A DNA stretch of 32,000 nucleotides from Vibrio cholerae ATCC 14035 (GTDB lineage Bacteria; Pseudomonadota; Gammaproteobacteria; Enterobacterales; Vibrionaceae). Of this stretch, positions 28,873-32,000 are shown piece after piece. Numbering within the stretch: the first letter of the stretch is position 1; every line of letters starts with the position of its first letter. The position numbers and the translations under genes were made by a program. Below the pieces are notes generated by a model. It ran no database searches. It was given only the letters and a program-made list of their open reading frames with translations, and had not been told where the DNA came from. The stretch lies in NCBI RefSeq assembly GCF_000621645.1, contig NZ_JHXR01000002.1, positions 60,001 to 92,000 of the forward strand, given 5' to 3'.

Positions 28873-30009
28873 ATGTTTGAATATGACACATTGCGCCTCA
28901 TTTGGTGGGGGCTGATCGGTGCATTGCTGATTGGTTTTATGATCACCGATGGTTTTGATATGGGGGTAGGTGCACTCTTGCCCATCCTTGGACAATCGGA
29001 ATCCGACAAACGAGTGATGATCAATTCAATTGCGCCTCATTGGGATGGCAACCAAGTATGGCTAATCACCGCAGGGGGAGCACTCTTTGCCGCCTGGCCT
29101 TTAGTTTATGCCACCTCTTTTTCAAGCCTGTATATTGCTATGTATTTAATACTGTTGGCGCTTTGGTTACGGCCACTAGCATTGGAATATCGCGCAAAGA
29201 TTGATACCCCTTCTTGGCGAAAAATCTGCGATATCTCGATTTCGCTTTCAGGTTTAATTCCTCCTCTTCTATTTGGTGTCGCCTTTGGGAATTTAATGCA
29301 AGGATTACCTTTCTCGCTCAATGCGTTACTGATGGTAGATTATCATGGATCCTTCATCGATCTCATTACCCCTTTCAGCGTGCTGTCTGGCGGTATTGGC
29401 GTATTAATGGCATTAGTGCAAGGCAGTGCATGGCTCACGCTCAAAACCAGCGATATTCTTCATAAAAAAGCGCGGCTAACCGCTCAAATAAGTGTCTTGT
29501 GTCTCTTTGGATTATTCATCATAGGTGGGTTTATGGTGCATGGAATGAATGGATACCTGATTGTCAGCTCATTAGACTATAACGCCATATCTAATCCGTT
29601 AAATAAGGTCGTCTTCCAACAAGCCGGTGCTTGGCTAACCAATTTTGAACGTTACCCGTGGATGTGGTTTGCACCTATGGGTGGCTTAATGATGGCTATG
29701 GGAGTATTCCTCAGTGCGAAATGGAAAAACGATGCTATCACCTTCGTCTGCGCCAGCGTGACGAATGCTTGTATTATTTTAACCGCAGGTTTTGCGATGT
29801 TCCCCTTCATCATGCCATCCAGTTTTGAACCAAGCCATAGTTTAACTTTGTGGGATGCGACATCCAGTGAGCGAACATTAAATATTATGACGGGCGTAGC
29901 CTTTGTCATGTTGCCCATCATTCTTTTTTATACCGCTTTCAGTTACAGAACCATGTTTGGTCGACTTGATAAGCAATATATCGAACGTAATCATCACTCA
30001 CTCTATTAG
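28873..30009 (+). CDS. cydB: Cytochrome bd-type ubiquinol oxidase subunit II
   Basis: 378-aa polytopic ORF starting 12 nt after cydA, with GGAGAGAG upstream. The N-terminus LRLIWWGLIGALLIGFMITDGFDMGVG and the segment HWDGNQVWLITAGGALFAAWP are typical of CydB. Confidence 0.92.
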   Translation: MFEYDTLRLIWWGLIGALLIGFMITDGFDMGVGALLPILGQSESDKRVMINSIAPHWDGNQVWLITAGGALFAAWPLVYATSFSSLYIAMYLILLALWLRPLALEYRAKIDTPSWRKICDISISLSGLIPPLLFGVAFGNLMQGLPFSLNALLMVDYHGSFIDLITPFSVLSGGIGVLMALVQGSAWLTLKTSDILHKKARLTAQISVLCLFGLFIIGGFMVHGMNGYLIVSSLDYNAISNPLNKVVFQQAGAWLTNFERYPWMWFAPMGGLMMAMGVFLSAKWKNDAITFVCASVTNACIILTAGFAMFPFIMPSSFEPSHSLTLWDATSSERTLNIMTGVAFVMLPIILFYTAFSYRTMFGRLDKQYIERNHHSLY

Positions 30010-30019
30010 AGGTATTCGC

Positions 30020-30121
30020 ATGTGGTATTTCATATGGATTTCAGGCTTATTTCTAGCGGCCACATTCTCTATTCTGAATATCATTAATTTAGAGAAAAAT
30101 AGCACGGAAAGACAACCTTAA
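30020..30121 (+). CDS. cydX: Cytochrome bd oxidase small subunit CydX (33 aa)
   Basis: MWYFIWISGLFLAATFSILNIINLEKNSTERQP parallels E. coli CydX (MWYFAWILGTLLACSFGVITALALE...). The ATG lies 10 nt after the cydB stop, with AGAGG 7 nt upstream. It is hidden inside the 72-aa ORF of the track (29903-30121). Confidence 0.85.
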   Translation: MWYFIWISGLFLAATFSILNIINLEKNSTERQP

Positions 30122-30830
30122 ACTTAAGCAGAGGTTACCAACATAACCATCCAGTGCCATATCGAAAGATACCCTAGAAAAATCTTTCAGGTATGTGGGT
30201 AAACAAGAGCACATGGATCACGCTCGCATACCATTTATGAGCATTTTAATCATGGCATGTCACTCAGTGGCATGTCATGGTTGCATCAAAATCTGCTCAA
30301 CGATCAACGCTATGAGTGATGCTAAAAACTACAATCAATGCGTTCACACATTAACTCTTGTGAAGCATGTTAACCTTAAGGCTAACCATGAAAGAGCGAA
30401 AAAAGTCTATCTATTTCATTTTATCCGTGTATAGTGAGCCTCGTTTTTTATCTTGAAATATTCATTCTTTGGTTAGTCTGAATTTCTTTTAGGTTTCATT
30501 TTGAGTGTGTAGTAAAACGAGCACTTAGTGACATGTTTTTATTATCATAAGATAATCTCAATGCATATCATTGCGCGAGCCATCTTTAGAAGATAAAAAA
30601 TCGCGCATTGGAATTTTAAAAAGAAGTATATTCCTCATATAACCAAAGAAGCATAAATTATTGATTAACGTGTTCCGTTAATTAAATGACCACTTCTCAA
30701 GATAACAAGTCAAGCATTCAAGATTATCTTAAATGCTTGGGTTTAAATATTGATGAGTATTTATTATTAAACTGAGTAAAAATCACAAGTAATAATAAAT
30801 ATGCATCACATGGCTTTCAAAAGGTAAATC

Positions 30831-31034
30831 ATGAAGAACAAAAGAGTTAAATTGCCTAAAAAAAATAAAAAAGGTGCATATGAAGCAAAATTTGAAGAGA
30901 TGGTAAAAGAGTATCATAGCGCCCAAGCGGTTTTAGGCGAAATGTCTGTCGGCTCTGAAGAGTACACTGAACAAAAAATTCTCTGTGACAAGCTATTTGC
31001 TCATGCTGAGCGCTTTTTTAAGCAGAATCAATAA
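30831..31034 (+). CDS. Small hypothetical protein (67 aa), Lys/Glu-rich and helical
   Basis: This is the only ATG ORF of at least 60 codons inside the AT-rich interval. It has a weak SD (AAGG, 8 nt upstream). No family was recognised. Confidence 0.4.
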   Translation: MKNKRVKLPKKNKKGAYEAKFEEMVKEYHSAQAVLGEMSVGSEEYTEQKILCDKLFAHAERFFKQNQ

Positions 31035-31250
31035 CCAAACTTATTAATAAGCCTAATGATGGTGGTGTGTAAGTTTTATTCCTCTTCACATCATTCTCAT
31101 CACTCACCTTTGATAAATATGACTTGTCTCTAGAGCAATTTCCCAAACGGCTGCAACATCAAGTCGCAAGGGATATGTTGAGTCCGATGAACCTTTACAC
31201 ATCAACGGCGCTTCACTTTTTGGTGAAACGCCTTACCTCTTATTGTTAAA

Positions 31251-32000
31251 TCAACGATTTTTTAGGTAAGAGTCCATCTCTTCTGCTGGAACCATTCCCC
31301 CGCCAGTCGCCCAAACAAGATGCGTGGCATTCCCCATCACGGTATCATCAAACTGCATTCGAGCTCGATATTCAACACTCTTTGTGACCACGATAGGGCC
31401 AATCATACCGGCTAATGCAGAAGGCTCGAGCTGGATATTCTCCGCTTCATTCAATTGCCCAAGCAGTCGGTACATACGCTCATCACTGATGGTTAAATAG
31501 CCATCCAGCAGCCTTTCCATTGCTCGACCGACAAAACCAGAAGCTCTCCCCACCGCTAAACCATCAGCTGCAGTGATGTTATCAATCCCGATATCTTGAA
31601 CACTGATTGCGTCATGCAAGCCAGTATGAACACCAAGCATCATGCATGGAGAATGAGTCGGCTCAGCAAAAATACAATGAACATTGTCCCCAAAAGCCAT
31701 TTTCAGACCGAAAGCAACCCCTCCCGGTCCCCCACCAACGCCGCAGGGTAGGTAAACAAATAAAGGGTGCTGCGCGTCGACTACAATACCTTTTTCATCG
31801 AACTGTTTCTTGAGGCGTTCACCTGCAACCGAATACCCTAGAAATAGAGTTTGCGAATTTTCATCATCAATGAAAAAGCACGTCGGATCATTTTCAGCTT
31901 CTTTGCGCCCCTGAGCGACCGCAACACCATAATCTTGGGCGTACTCAATCACATTGACCCCAAGAGCACGGAGTCTGTTTTTCTTCCACGCCCTTGCATC
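31251..32000 (-). CDS. dsdA: D-serine ammonia-lyase (dehydratase), C-terminal 249 codons (5' end beyond the right window edge)
   Basis: The frame is open to position 32000. The translation ...[60 protein letters not shown]...[17 protein letters not shown]...[16 protein letters not shown] is collinear with E. coli DsdA as I recall it. Confidence 0.93.
   Translation of the reverse strand, partial: DARAWKKNRLRALGVNVIEYAQDYGVAVAQGRKEAENDPTCFFIDDENSQTLFLGYSVAGERLKKQFDEKGIVVDAQHPLFVYLPCGVGGGPGGVAFGLKMAFGDNVHCIFAEPTHSPCMMLGVHTGLHDAISVQDIGIDNITAADGLAVGRASGFVGRAMERLLDGYLTISDERMYRLLGQLNEAENIQLEPSALAGMIGPIVVTKSVEYRARMQFDDTVMGNATHLVWATGGGMVPAEEMDSYLKNR

Noticed and set aside
29903-30019. First 39 codons of the 72-aa ORF overlapping the end of cydB
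   Set aside because: Only the last 33 codons, from the ATG at 30020 with its own SD, correspond to the conserved CydX peptide. The upstream part is an out-of-frame overlap with cydB.
30195-30434. GTG-initiated 79-aa Cys/His-rich ORF downstream of cydX as a real metal-binding small protein
   Set aside because: It has no convincing SD and an AT-rich codon composition. Its Cys-His pattern derives from a 10-bp DNA direct repeat, so there is not enough evidence to call it a CDS. It is mentioned only within the AT-rich interval finding.

Overview
The window reads as Vibrio cholerae chromosome II core DNA. I recognise hapA, ompW and fadL-volA by their protein sequences, and from memory the gene order fits roughly VCA0849-VCA0875 of N16961. 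From left to right it contains: (1) the 5' 4.1 kb of a giant LapA-like T1SS repeat adhesin gene (craA-like, minus strand, running off the left edge), built from 432-441 bp in-frame tandem units; (2) a minus-strand cassette of seven genes, the first six tightly coupled: secreted helical protein, ABC ATPase, MacB/FtsX-type permease, LolA-like periplasmic protein, predicted outer-membrane beta-barrel, membrane-embedded LytS-type histidine kinase, LytTR response regulator. I know of no assigned function for this cassette, and it is my best candidate for an undescribed system; (3) a ydhF-like aldo-keto reductase; (4) the periplasmic amylase malS; (5) fadL-volA, preceded by a FadR-type operator; (6) a soluble dual-PAS chemoreceptor; (7) hapA; (8) ompW, preceded by a perfect FNR box; (9) pbpG; (10) a MocR-type regulator followed by a cytochrome bd operon (cydABX paralogue); (11) a 1.1 kb AT-rich, almost non-coding stretch; (12) the 3' part of dsdA, which runs off the right edge. 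I found no rRNA, tRNA, CRISPR array, IS element or integron repeat. All family assignments come from reading motifs by eye. No database search was run.
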